Below are positions 39,186-48,754 of a DNA stretch of 64,000 bases, in pieces (position 1 is the first letter of the stretch; the number at the start of each line of letters is the position of its first letter). Origin of the DNA: an uncultured Clostridia bacterium (GTDB taxonomy: Bacteria > Bacillota > Clostridia > Christensenellales > CAG-138); NCBI GenBank assembly GCA_946631895.1, contig CAMPAN010000003.1:2556-66555 (forward strand). The letters run 5' to 3'. The notes beneath the pieces were generated by a model, which saw only the letters and a program-made list of their open reading frames with translations, searched no databases and had not been told where the DNA came from. Made by a program: the position numbers and the translations under genes.

Positions 39186-39716
39186 ATGGCTTACGAACGA
39201 ACACCATCCCCGAAGCGGCTTGTGCCGATGTGCGCCGCGCTTTCGCTTCTGCTGCTCTGCGCAGGGGAAGCGAGCGGGCTGTTTGCGCTGCTCCTTCTGT
39301 TTCCGACAGCGCTCTGCATGCTGCCGCTTTGCGAGGAACGGCTTTGGATCCATCTTGTGCTCAGCGATCTGCTGATCGCCGCGTTTGTGCTTGCGCTGCC
39401 GTTTCCGCATTATTTCTGGCTTGCCTATGTCTGCGTGCTTGCGCCGTATGTACCGGTCCGCCATGCGCTGCGCGATCTCAAAAAGCAAACGCATGCGACG
39501 CTGTTTGCGGTCGGTATCATCCTGCTGTGGTCAACCGCCGTGCTGATCCTGCTTTCGCTGCTCGGCGTGAACGCGCTGACGCTGTTTTCACCGTGGATCA
39601 CCGTGCTCTGCGGTCTCGGAACACTGCTGTTTCTGTTTTTGCTCGATGCGCTCTATCAGCTTGCCGTCCGCCGGTATCGGAACCGTCTAAGGCGTTTTCT
39701 GCTCCCGCGCGCATAA
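39186..39716 (+). CDS. hypothetical polytopic membrane protein
   Basis: MAYERTPSPKRLVPMCAALSLLLLCAG.. with about 5 hydrophobic helices. The start is chosen just after the DUF1273 stop. RBS is weak. Confidence 0.45.
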   Translation: MAYERTPSPKRLVPMCAALSLLLLCAGEASGLFALLLLFPTALCMLPLCEERLWIHLVLSDLLIAAFVLALPFPHYFWLAYVCVLAPYVPVRHALRDLKKQTHATLFAVGIILLWSTAVLILLSLLGVNALTLFSPWITVLCGLGTLLFLFLLDALYQLAVRRYRNRLRRFLLPRA

Positions 39717-39745
39717 GCGCGGCGACGCCGCGGCATACTGAGGGT

Positions 39746-42091
39746 ATGTGCGAGCAAAAAGCCATCCGAACCTATCAAAGTCTTTACCGCCGACGCCGCC
39801 GTCGGCGTTTTTTCTGTGTTCTGTTTCTTCTGGTCTTTACGCCGGTTCTCGCCGGCGCCGTCTGGCTGTTTTCACAGGACGCCTGGCATGCGCTGGACCT
39901 CGAGAAGATCTATTCGTCCGAAGAAACGCTCCTCGTCACGGACCGGAACGGCGACGTCGCATCGCGGCTTTACCTGCACGAAAACCGTGTTTCCGTCAAT
40001 GCGGACACGCTTCCCGAGCATGTGAAAAACGCGTTCCTCGCCGCCGAGGACGCGCGGTTCTATTCGCATCCCGGCTTTGACCTGATCCGCATCGCGGGCG
40101 CGGCGCTCAACGACCTCAAAGCGGGATCGTACGTCGAAGGCGCAAGCACGGTTACGCAGCAGCTCATCAAACTCACGCACCTGACCGCCGAAAAAACGCT
40201 CGACCGCAAAGTCGACGAAGCGATCCTCTCCTACCGGCTCGAACAGATTCTTACGAAGGACGAAATCCTGACCTGTTACCTGAACCGCGTCTATTTCGGC
40301 GGCGGATATTACGGCATCGAAGCTGCGGCGGAAGGTTATTTCGGCGTACACGCAAACGAGCTGTCGCTTGCCCAGAGCGCGCTTCTGGCGGGTGTTCTGA
40401 AGTCTCCCGCGACCTATGCGCCGCATCTGCGCCCCGAAGCCTCCGTCGGCCGCCGCGGCGTGATCCTCGATCTGATGACGGAATACGGCATGATTTCCGC
40501 AGAAGACGCAGCGCAGGCGAAAGCCGAACCGCTCGTTCTGATCGCCGATATGCAAAAGCAGAAGCACAGCTCCTATATCGATCTTGCGATAACCGAAGCC
40601 GCAAGGCTCCTCGACTGCGATCTGGACACGCTTTTGACCCGCGGGCTTACGGTTGAAACCGCAATGGATCCCGAAGCGCAGCGAATTGCGGAAACGGCGT
40701 TTCAAAACGACGCATATTTCCCGACGTACGGAGATGAATCCTGCGAGGGCGCGTTTGTTCTGATCGATGCAAAGACCGGCGGCGTCTGTGCGATCATGGG
40801 CGGTCGTGACGATTCGGTGGCGCTGGGCTTCAACCGTGCGACGCGCATCCGCAGGCAGCCGGGCAGCGCGATCAAGCCGATCCTCGTTTATGCGCCGGCG
40901 CTCGAATCCGGTTATACGGCGGCGTCCATGCTGCTGGACGACGCGACCGATTTCGGCGACTATACGCCGAAAAACGCAAACGGACGCTATGCCGGATGGA
41001 TCACGATGCGCGAAGCCGTGACGCGGTCTTTGAATCTTCCCGCCGTCTATCTGTTTCGCGAGCTCGGCGTTTCCCGCTGCAAGGCGTTTGCCTCGCGGTT
41101 CGGCATCCCCTTTGACATTCGCGACGATTCCCTGACGCTTGCGCTCGGCGGATTCACCTACGGCGTGTCGCCGTACCGCCTCTGCGGTGCGTATGCCGCG
41201 CTTGCCTCCGGCGGGATCTACCGCACGCCCTATGTCGTGACGCGCATCACCGATCGCGCGGGGACCGAACTCTATCGCCGCGATCCGGATGAAATGCGCG
41301 TCATGTCCGAGGGAAACGCCTTTATTCTCACTTCGCTGCTGAAAAGCGTCGTGCAAAACGGCACGGCAAGTCTTCTTTCCTCCCTCCCCGTTTCGCTTGC
41401 GGCAAAGACCGGAACCGTCGGCGACGAAACCGGAAACCGCGATATCTGGCTTGCCTGCTACAATCCGGATTATGCCGCCGTCGTCTGGATGGGCTTTGAC
41501 GATGCGGAAAACGGACGCTGTCTGCCGAAGGATTGCGGCGGCGGGACCTATCCCGCCATGCTGCTTTCCGAGGTCTTTTCCGTCCTGTACCGGGATCGGC
41601 CTAAACCGGACTTTTCCGTTCCGGACTGCATCGTTCGCGTCCCGCTCGACCGCGTGACGCTGAAGAGCGAGCATATTCCCGTCCTCGCAACCGGACTGAC
41701 GCCGGTCGACGAGACGGTTTCGGAATACTTCGTGCGCGGTACGGAACCGAAGGCTGTATCCGATTACTGGCAGCTGCCGGATCCGCCGGTCGATCTTACC
41801 GCCGTTGTGAACGGGGACGCCGTCGAAATCACGTTCACGCCGCCTTCCCGCTATATGAACTACCGGCTTTACCGTGAAGACGCCGACGGATTTTCCGTTC
41901 TGATCGCGACCTTCGAAAGCCCTGTCTATCCGATCCGGTATACGGACCCCGTCGAACAGCTGAACGGCGTTTATGCCTACTATGTCGTGCCGGTTCATCC
42001 CGCGCTTCTTTCAGACGGCGCGCCGCTTTGCGGTCGTGCAAGTGCAAAACGGACCGTCTCCTTCTGGCACCCGATCGTTCTCTCGCCGTAA
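39746..42091 (+). CDS. class A (PBP1A-type) bifunctional penicillin-binding protein
   Basis: GT51 motifs ..AFLAAEDARFYSHPG.., ..GASTVTQQLIK.., ..RKVDEA.. Transpeptidase motifs ..PGSAIKP.. (SxxK) and ..KTGT.. The start is at ATG 39746 (MCEQKAIRTYQ..) before the TM helix. Confidence 0.9.
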   Translation: MCEQKAIRTYQSLYRRRRRRRFFCVLFLLVFTPVLAGAVWLFSQDAWHALDLEKIYSSEETLLVTDRNGDVASRLYLHENRVSVNADTLPEHVKNAFLAAEDARFYSHPGFDLIRIAGAALNDLKAGSYVEGASTVTQQLIKLTHLTAEKTLDRKVDEAILSYRLEQILTKDEILTCYLNRVYFGGGYYGIEAAAEGYFGVHANELSLAQSALLAGVLKSPATYAPHLRPEASVGRRGVILDLMTEYGMISAEDAAQAKAEPLVLIADMQKQKHSSYIDLAITEAARLLDCDLDTLLTRGLTVETAMDPEAQRIAETAFQNDAYFPTYGDESCEGAFVLIDAKTGGVCAIMGGRDDSVALGFNRATRIRRQPGSAIKPILVYAPALESGYTAASMLLDDATDFGDYTPKNANGRYAGWITMREAVTRSLNLPAVYLFRELGVSRCKAFASRFGIPFDIRDDSLTLALGGFTYGVSPYRLCGAYAALASGGIYRTPYVVTRITDRAGTELYRRDPDEMRVMSEGNAFILTSLLKSVVQNGTASLLSSLPVSLAAKTGTVGDETGNRDIWLACYNPDYAAVVWMGFDDAENGRCLPKDCGGGTYPAMLLSEVFSVLYRDRPKPDFSVPDCIVRVPLDRVTLKSEHIPVLATGLTPVDETVSEYFVRGTEPKAVSDYWQLPDPPVDLTAVVNGDAVEITFTPPSRYMNYRLYREDADGFSVLIATFESPVYPIRYTDPVEQLNGVYAYYVVPVHPALLSDGAPLCGRASAKRTVSFWHPIVLSP

Positions 42092-42205
42092 AAAACGCAC
42101 AGTTTGAAAATCGAAGGTTGACGAATGAGCGAATTTATATTATATTATAGATGGGTAATAATAAATTGTTGCCGCAATTAATTATTAAATGGAGAGTGAG
42201 AAAAT

Positions 42206-42874
42206 ATGGATTACAAGGCACTTGCAGCCAATGTCGAAAATCGTGAAGGGTTCGGAACGCAGGAATGGGTCTATCGCGTTCTCCGTGCAGGCATCGTGAA
42301 CGGTGCGCTGCCCGGCGGTATGCAGCTGAAGCAGGATGAGATCTCAGCGGCATTGAACGTCAGTCATATTCCGGTACGCGAAGCGCTTCGTCAGCTGGAG
42401 GCGCAGCAGCTTGTAACGATCCACGCAAACCGCGGTGCGACCGTTACCGAGCTTTCCCGCGAGATGCTCATCAACACCATGCAGGTCCGCGCGGCAATCT
42501 CCGTCGCGATGCTTGCGATTGCCGTTCCGCATATGACGGAAGAAGACTTTGCCGAGCTTGACCGCATTCTCGAAGAGGAGCGGCATACGAGCGAGCTGAT
42601 CGCTTCGGAGAACATCAACATTCATTTCCACGAAGTACTGATCCAGAAGGCAAACAATCCCGTTGCGGACATGCTGATGGAGATCATCCATGCAAACATC
42701 GACCGTTACCTCCGCACCGGCTTCTACAGCGACGCGGCGGAACGCGAATTGTCCGTCGCCGAACATGAAAAGATCCTTGCCGCATGCAAAGCGCGCAATG
42801 TCGACGAAGCGGTCAGGCTTCTGCAGGCGCACATCATGGACGCCGCAGCGCTGATTCCGGAAAACGTCCGCTGA
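42206..42874 (+). CDS. GntR-family transcriptional regulator (FadR/FCD subfamily)
   Basis: ..VYRVLRAGIVNGALPGGMQLKQDEISAALNVSHIPVREALRQLEAQQLV.. plus a helical FCD-like C-terminal domain. Confidence 0.85.
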   Translation: MDYKALAANVENREGFGTQEWVYRVLRAGIVNGALPGGMQLKQDEISAALNVSHIPVREALRQLEAQQLVTIHANRGATVTELSREMLINTMQVRAAISVAMLAIAVPHMTEEDFAELDRILEEERHTSELIASENINIHFHEVLIQKANNPVADMLMEIIHANIDRYLRTGFYSDAAERELSVAEHEKILAACKARNVDEAVRLLQAHIMDAAALIPENVR

Positions 42875-42889
42875 GTCCGAAACCCGCAG

Positions 42890-42918
42890 CAGCCATCCTC
42901 CCGGATGGCTGTTTTTTT
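42890..42918 (+). terminator. rho-independent terminator of the GntR gene
   Basis: CAGCCATCC-tccc-GGATGGCTG followed by TTTTTTT. Confidence 0.85.
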
Positions 42919-43087
42919 ACGGCAGTTTCAGAAATTCCCACAGCAGAATACCCGCGGCGGAAAGCACCGGAAGCATCAGAAGCAGGATCGCGATCGCCTG
43001 TCCGGTGCGCTTCTTCCGGATGCTGTGCCGAAAATACAGCGTTCCGTAAACGATCGGGATCAGCTGCAATGCAAGATAGAGAATCAT
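42917..43087 (-). CDS. 56-aa two-helix membrane micro-protein directly downstream of the germinant-receptor operon (below ORF-track cut-off)
   Basis: My own translation gives MILYLALQLIPIVYGTLYFRHSIRKKRTGQAIAILLLMLPVLSAAGILLWEFLKLP*. The ATG at 43087 lies within a few nt of the gerC-type stop. Confidence 0.4.
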   Translation of the reverse strand: MILYLALQLIPIVYGTLYFRHSIRKKRTGQAIAILLLMLPVLSAAGILLWEFLKLP

Positions 43088-43091
43088 ATCG

Positions 43092-44245
43092 TCACTCCGT
43101 TCCCGGATCGTGCGGCCGCTGCGAGATCATCACGTTCACCCGGAACGCGACCGTCATCGCGCGATAATCCGCGTCCCAATCGTAGGCTTCCCATTCCTCC
43201 GCCGATCGGAACCGTTTCGCCTGCACGCTTCCGAACCCCATCGCGTCGCTGCCGACGCGCTGCAGGGCTCTGAACACCGTCGAAAGCTCCGCTTCCAGCT
43301 GTTTCTCCAGAAACGACTTCAGCGCATCGCTTTCCATCGAAAGCGTCTCAGGCGCAAGAAGATCGGCTTCCAGAAAGAGTTCCGCAGACGCCTGCGTCCC
43401 CCTTCCCCTCCGTTTCGGCGCGCGCACGCGGTAAAACGCCGCCGTGACCGGCTGTCCGTCCGGAAGTACAAACCGCATTTCCCCCCTTTTGAACGCGCCG
43501 GTCGCCATCAGCACCTCCATCGTATGCCGCCCGTCCAGGATCCCGACCATACGATCGCCCCGGAACACCGCGCTGCCTGCGATCGAGGTTTTCAGAATGC
43601 TTTCCGTCAGCAGCGAGCCGCCGGTTTCCGGATATGCTTCGTTCCCGACAAGATCCTCCGTAAGCCCGTATTCGGTTGCGCCCGCATAGGCAAGCATCGC
43701 GTCGAAGCGCTTGTCCGATACCGCCTCCCGGTAGGTTCCGTATCCGGTGTCCGCCGCGGTTCCGGACGCCCGCATCAGTTCGCCCGCCGCCGTCTTGATC
43801 TTCCTGAGCGACGGATCGCCGTCCGAGATCCATCCTTCGAATACCTCGCGGATCGGATCTTTCGAAACGACGATGCGCAGATTCTGCCAGAGATCCGCTT
43901 TTCCGAACGCAAAGTCCAGAAACGCCGTCTGTTCGCCGTTTTTCGCAAGGTCTTCGCCGATCGCAAGAAGCGACGTGCGTGAAAAGCTCAGCCTGCTCGG
44001 ATAAACGGCGTTCAGCGTTTCATATGCTTCGGAAAACGAACGCGCTTCCGCAGAGATGACCCGGTTTTCCACCTTGGTCTCCTCCGAGCCGTTCGGAACG
44101 GAAACAAGCATGGTTACAAGATACGGCATGGTCGAGCCGCGTTCCACGCCGACATTCAGCACATAGGCGTATTCGTCGATATTTTTTGACTGCATGCACC
44201 CGCCGAAAAGCAGCAGGCACAAAAGAATCAGGCAGCGGCGGCGCA
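43092..44245 (-). CDS. spore germination lipoprotein, Ger(x)C family
   Basis: (GTG)RRRCLILLCLLLFGGCMQSKNIDEYAYVLNVGVE.. has a lipobox and the GerAC N-terminal motif. GGAGGAG RBS precedes the GTG at 44245. The longer ORF-track form was rejected. Confidence 0.85.
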
Positions 44246-45322
44246 CGTTGTTTTTCTCCTCCGTTTCTTCAAAAGGATCAGCGGAACCGGAACGCCGATC
44301 AGCGCCCACGCGTCCCGATAGAGATGTCCGCGTACGGCAGACGTCGCGGCGGTATCGTACTGCAGCACCAGAATCAGCGTCACGGCAAGCCCCGAGACGC
44401 ACAGCGCAACGGGGCGCGCGTCCCGCACGCCGAACGTCCGGCAGAACAGCAGACACGCCGCATACAGATAGAACGCCGCACAGAGAATCGCTCCGGCAAG
44501 CCACAGAAACAGCACCGCGCGGTCGAGCCGAAGCGTCGGGTTTTCGGCGCGCACCTCGATGAGCATCCGGTAAAACGGCGCGGACATTTCCCGCAGTTCG
44601 GAATACGGAAACATCATTGCAAGCGCAAACAGCGCTGCCGCGGCAAGCGCTCCGCCCGCGATCGTGCCGATCCTCCCCGCCGAACGCATCGCCATCCGGT
44701 CCTGCGTTCCCTCTCCGACACACAGAAGCGCCAGCAGCGGCGACGCTGCGCGAAGCTGCGCGCTGCCGGCTTCGGACATCAGCCGGAAAGGATTGCCGAT
44801 CGGAATCGGAAAAATGCGGTCGAACCGGTATTCCCCGATCCCCGAAACCAGCGCAGCGAGGATTGAAAGGATCAGGATCGGCAGAAAGATACGTGCCGTC
44901 CGCACGATCGTCTCCGCTCCGAGCACAGTCAGAAGGAACAGGCACGGCAAAAGATACAGACATGCGGCGACCGATCTGGACCCCGCGAAGACGAACTCCG
45001 TCATGGTCAGAAGAAAGCTCTTAAGCGGCAGCATTGCCGCAAGTACAAGCGCAAGCATCAACGGGACGGCAAGCGCCTTTTTGAGCTTCGAATCGCCGAT
45101 CAGCGCGGAAAGATCGCTGCCGCCGCGTACGCGGAGCGCCCACACCGCCGCTTCAAACAGCAGCAATGCCTGAATGACGGCAATGATCTCCGTAAGCCAC
45201 GACGCGTTGCCCTGTCCGAACAGCGTGCGGCAGTCAACGGAGAAGCAACCGCCGAAAAAGGTGCAGAGCAGCACGGTCGCTGCGGTCTCCTGTTTCCCGA
45301 ATGCGCCGAGCCGAAGATTCAT
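44228..45322 (-). CDS. spore germination protein, Ger(x)B (spore permease) family
   Basis: About 10 TM helices. MNLRLGAFGKQETAATVLLCTFFGG.. There is an ATGA overlap with the upstream gerA-type gene. Confidence 0.8.
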   Translation of the reverse strand: MNLRLGAFGKQETAATVLLCTFFGGCFSVDCRTLFGQGNASWLTEIIAVIQALLLFEAAVWALRVRGGSDLSALIGDSKLKKALAVPLMLALVLAAMLPLKSFLLTMTEFVFAGSRSVAACLYLLPCLFLLTVLGAETIVRTARIFLPILILSILAALVSGIGEYRFDRIFPIPIGNPFRLMSEAGSAQLRAASPLLALLCVGEGTQDRMAMRSAGRIGTIAGGALAAAALFALAMMFPYSELREMSAPFYRMLIEVRAENPTLRLDRAVLFLWLAGAILCAAFYLYAACLLFCRTFGVRDARPVALCVSGLAVTLILVLQYDTAATSAVRGHLYRDAWALIGVPVPLILLKKRRRKTTCAAAA

Positions 45323-46926
45323 ACGCGCCTCCTTTTCGGGTTCGTCCAGTCCGTCGTGCCCGCAGCATTCTCGAGACGCGTCCGGAACAGCAGATGTTCC
45401 CGGTGCTTTGCAACCGGCGCGAACGGCGTAAAGAACGGCACGCCGAACGATTTTGCCGAGCACATCACCGCCGTTGCGCAAAGCCCCGCTGCCGTCACGC
45501 CCAGCAAGCCCGCAAGTGTCGCCGCAATGCACAGAACGATGCGATAATATGCCGTTGCGATCTGCGCGCTGTAATCCGGAATGGCAAAATTGCCGAGTCC
45601 CGTCAGCGCAACGATGATGAGTACGACTGTCGATACGATGTTGGCGGAAACCGCCGCCTGTCCCAAAAGGAGTCCGCCGATGATTCCGATCGCATGACCG
45701 ATCGCGCCGGGAACGCGCAGTCCCGCTTCGCGCACCAGTTGAAACACCAGCAGCAAAAAGATCATTTCCATCCAGAGCGGCAGAAACACCATCGCACGTG
45801 AGGCGATCACGGTCTCAAGAATCTCGCTCGAAAGCTGTCCCGGATGGTGCAGCGCAAGCGCAAGGAAGTATGCCGGAAGATAGGTCGAAAGGATTGCCCC
45901 GAGCATGCGGATCATCTGCACGATCGTTCCGACCGGCTGCCGCATGTCGAGATCCTCTCCGCTCATCAGCAGCGTACCGACCGTGATCGGCAGCACGCCC
46001 GCGATCGGACAGCCCTCCACCAACAGCGCGATCCGTCCGTCCAGCACGGCGGAAGCCGCGCGGTCCGGACGCTCGGTTTTCAGCATTTGCGGCAGCGGCA
46101 GATAGGTATAGTCCTCGACCAGCTGTTCGATCCGTCCGACGGTGAGCCGCATGCTCGTCGAAATCGCGTCAAGTCGCCGTTTGACTTCCCGCAGAAGCGC
46201 GGGATTCACCGTGCCCTCGAGATACGCAAGCACAAGCTTCGTTCCGTTCGTGCCGCCTGCATCGCGAAACTCGCAGACGAAATCGGGGCGTTTCAGAATG
46301 CGCCGCAAAAGCGTCACGTTCGTGCGGATGTTTTCGGTGAACGCTTCCTTGGGACCTAGGATCGTCATCTCGTTCTGCGGTTCGCCGACCGGTCTCGAAA
46401 CAAACCCGCGGGTATCGCAGAGGATCGCCTCCCTTGCGCCTTCAAACAGGATCGCCGTGCGTCCTTCGAGAATCGCCGATACAACCGCTTCGCGTTCGTC
46501 ACAGCGTTCGGTCTCGTACATGGAAAGCGCATGTCCGCAGAAATACGACGGGAGCTGTTCCTCCGGTATTCCGGAAACGTCGAGATGAAACGCGGGACGC
46601 AGGATGAAATCCGCGATCTTCGCATCGTCCGCCATGCCGTTCATGCTGACGACAAGTGCGTCCGTGCGTCCGCCGACGCGGATCGCGCGCAGTATGAGAT
46701 CGGTGTTGATCGCCGCGCAGAATACTTCCGTAAGCCAGGCGCGGTTGTCCTTCAGCTTGCGGTCGATCTTGCCGGACTTCTTGGGATGCTTTGCCTTTTC
46801 CGCTTTTCTGCGCGCGAAAAAAGACGGGGTCCCCTCGGACTCCGTCTCCAAAAGCTCAAATCGCCGGTACGGCGTATCGAATTGAAACAGGTTCCGGATC
46901 GCTTTTTTCATGCATTCAGTTTGCAC
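45319..46926 (-). CDS. spore germination protein, Ger(x)A family
   Basis: ..LVVSMNGMADDAKIADFILRP.., ..TNVTLLRRIL.., plus a C-terminal TM bundle. The start is ambiguous (GTG 46926 or ATG 46911). Confidence 0.85.
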   Translation of the reverse strand: MQTECMKKAIRNLFQFDTPYRRFELLETESEGTPSFFARRKAEKAKHPKKSGKIDRKLKDNRAWLTEVFCAAINTDLILRAIRVGGRTDALVVSMNGMADDAKIADFILRPAFHLDVSGIPEEQLPSYFCGHALSMYETERCDEREAVVSAILEGRTAILFEGAREAILCDTRGFVSRPVGEPQNEMTILGPKEAFTENIRTNVTLLRRILKRPDFVCEFRDAGGTNGTKLVLAYLEGTVNPALLREVKRRLDAISTSMRLTVGRIEQLVEDYTYLPLPQMLKTERPDRAASAVLDGRIALLVEGCPIAGVLPITVGTLLMSGEDLDMRQPVGTIVQMIRMLGAILSTYLPAYFLALALHHPGQLSSEILETVIASRAMVFLPLWMEMIFLLLVFQLVREAGLRVPGAIGHAIGIIGGLLLGQAAVSANIVSTVVLIIVALTGLGNFAIPDYSAQIATAYYRIVLCIAATLAGLLGVTAAGLCATAVMCSAKSFGVPFFTPFAPVAKHREHLLFRTRLENAAGTTDWTNPKRRRV

Positions 46927-46947
46927 AAAAAGCGACGCCGTTATACC

Positions 46948-47895
46948 TCAGCGCATACGGCGGTATGCCGCCGCGTCGATCGTGTCTCCGAAAAGCGCGC
47001 ATGCGTTCTCCGCAATCAGCGCATCTTTCTGACGGCGCGTCAGTTTCTTGATCCGCGCTTCAAGCACAAGCGCATGCGAACGCGAATCCGTTTCCCACAA
47101 GGCGACGATCGCCTCCGGACGGAAAGCGCGGGTGAACTTCGCGCCGCGTTTCGATCCGCTGTGTTCCGAACAGCGCCGGTCCGGATCGGTCGTGATTCCG
47201 GTATAGAGCCGGTCGCCCGCACAGCGCAGGATGTAAACCGAATACGGCTGCGACGCGCAAATCAGCTCGTAATCATCCCGTGCGGCAATCTCCTCCCCCC
47301 GCACCTCGAACACGCAAAGCTTCGTACTCTTCGCCGCCGTGGAAACCGCATATTCCCGATCGCCGATCGAGACCCGGATCGTTTGAATCTCCTTCGACGC
47401 CGCGTTCGCCTCGATCGGCGTGGACAGATTGCTGCCGTCGCGTTTGAACGCCGCCTCCTTGCGCGTCCAAAGCACGGCGATCCGCTGCTTAGCGGAGAGC
47501 TCCCCGAAAAGCCGTTGTTCCTCTTCCGTCGCGATTTTCCGGAGCAGCGCTTCCCGGTATCGCGCGTCTTCAAACGGCTCGATATCCACACCGGCGCTGC
47601 CGTCCGAAACAACCGCTGCGACGGCGGTTTTGCAGTGCGAGATCGAGATCCCGCAGACCGCCGAGCTCCATTTTCCGTTTTCGGTTTTCGAGAGTTTCGC
47701 GTGTTCCGCGTCCAGTCCGAAGCTGTGTTTCAGTCCTGCAAGAAGCGTCGTCCATGCAATATAGCGCTGTGCCTTGACCCGCCCGTCCTGCGTTGCGTCC
47801 AGATATGTCTGCCGTTCCTTCGGAAAAACTTCGCGGTATTCCGGCGCTTCCGGAATCTGCGCGATATAAAGATGTACCGTCCCGGTCGTTTGCAT
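46948..47895 (-). CDS. fusion ORF: Sfp-type 4'-phosphopantetheinyl transferase (N) + GIY-YIG/UPF0213-type domain (C)
   Basis: PPTase motifs ..GISISHCKTAVAAVVSDGSAGVDIEPF.. and ..VLWTRKEAAFK.. C-terminal ..YSVYILRCAGDRLYTGITTDPDRRCSEHSGSKRGAKFTR.. is a GIY-YIG domain. The start is at ATG 47895, just after the upstream gene stop. Confidence 0.7.
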   Translation of the reverse strand: MQTTGTVHLYIAQIPEAPEYREVFPKERQTYLDATQDGRVKAQRYIAWTTLLAGLKHSFGLDAEHAKLSKTENGKWSSAVCGISISHCKTAVAAVVSDGSAGVDIEPFEDARYREALLRKIATEEEQRLFGELSAKQRIAVLWTRKEAAFKRDGSNLSTPIEANAASKEIQTIRVSIGDREYAVSTAAKSTKLCVFEVRGEEIAARDDYELICASQPYSVYILRCAGDRLYTGITTDPDRRCSEHSGSKRGAKFTRAFRPEAIVALWETDSRSHALVLEARIKKLTRRQKDALIAENACALFGDTIDAAAYRRMR

Positions 47896-47905
47896 ACGCG
47901 CGTTC

Positions 47906-48700
47906 CTATGCATTCTGTGTGCCGTCGGAGGATTCCTGCGGCGCTTCTCCGATCTTGCGATAGAGCTCCGGAAGATCGTAATGCACGTGATAGCGCAGCG
48001 GATGCAGAAGCCGGAAGAACGAGCGTTTATACTCCGTGCCGACATTGACGCGGCGGATCATCGTGAACCCGCGGAACGGCGGCATGTAGGAGATCAGATC
48101 GTTGACGTCCGCAAAGTTCTCGCAGTCCGTGCAGAGCGTCGCAAGATAACGGTGCATCCGCTTCTTGTTCAGCGGCGTGCATTTGAACGGGCGAACGCTG
48201 CCGTACGTGTAGAGATACGGCTTCACGCCGAAATTGTAGTTCAGATCCTGACAGCACAGACATGCGATGCCGGAGCCCAAAGACCAGCCGAGGATCTCCG
48301 TCGCCGCGTCGGGATGCGCTTCGTGCAGCGCCTGCCATTTTTCACGCACCTCGTTTTTGATCGCAAGATACATATTGCCCCAGCCGTGATGGACGCGCAG
48401 CTGCAGCGGTTCGCCCTCGAACTCGATCGCGCGGTAATACCGGCTTGCGAATTCAAAGATGTTCGCGACCCAGTCGATCGCGCCGAGTGTGCGCTGAAAA
48501 TGCATCTGGATCACGTCGCGGTCCGGCTCGTAATGGATCTCGTAATTGACCTCGTGCGCAAGCCCGAACAGCTTGAAGAACTTTGTCGTGTTGTATTTCA
48601 CGGCAATGTATTTCACCGGATAGGTTACCCGTCCGGTATGCGTGAAATCCTCGCTTGTGTTGATGAAATACTCCTCAAAGGGAAGCCGCTGATATGCCAT
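47906..48700 (-). CDS. class-3-lipase-like alpha/beta hydrolase
   Basis: ..LRVHHGWGNMY.. and the nucleophile elbow ..ILGWSLGSGIA.. (GxSxG). Confidence 0.55.
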   Translation of the reverse strand: MAYQRLPFEEYFINTSEDFTHTGRVTYPVKYIAVKYNTTKFFKLFGLAHEVNYEIHYEPDRDVIQMHFQRTLGAIDWVANIFEFASRYYRAIEFEGEPLQLRVHHGWGNMYLAIKNEVREKWQALHEAHPDAATEILGWSLGSGIACLCCQDLNYNFGVKPYLYTYGSVRPFKCTPLNKKRMHRYLATLCTDCENFADVNDLISYMPPFRGFTMIRRVNVGTEYKRSFFRLLHPLRYHVHYDLPELYRKIGEAPQESSDGTQNA

Positions 48701-48754
48701 GCCCGTGCCCCCACGCTGAATTGAACTGTATTATACCATGCCGTAGACTTGTTT

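Noticed and set aside
42092-42205. AATTG-ttgccg-CAATT inverted repeat and TTGACG-17-TATATT promoter upstream of the GntR gene as a defined operator
   Set aside because: The promoter is plausible, but the 5-bp arms are too short in an AT-rich stretch to distinguish from chance without comparative data.
44246-44963. Upstream 239-aa extension of the Ger(x)C ORF, and similar extensions at 45323-45532 (GerB), 39230-39745 (PBP), 38883-39185, 31877-32032 (udk) and 47896-48045
   Set aside because: Each extension overlaps the preceding gene in another frame and has an Arg/Ala/Gly-rich composition. In each case an internal start with an RBS and a canonical N-terminus (lipobox, P-loop, TM helix) is available.
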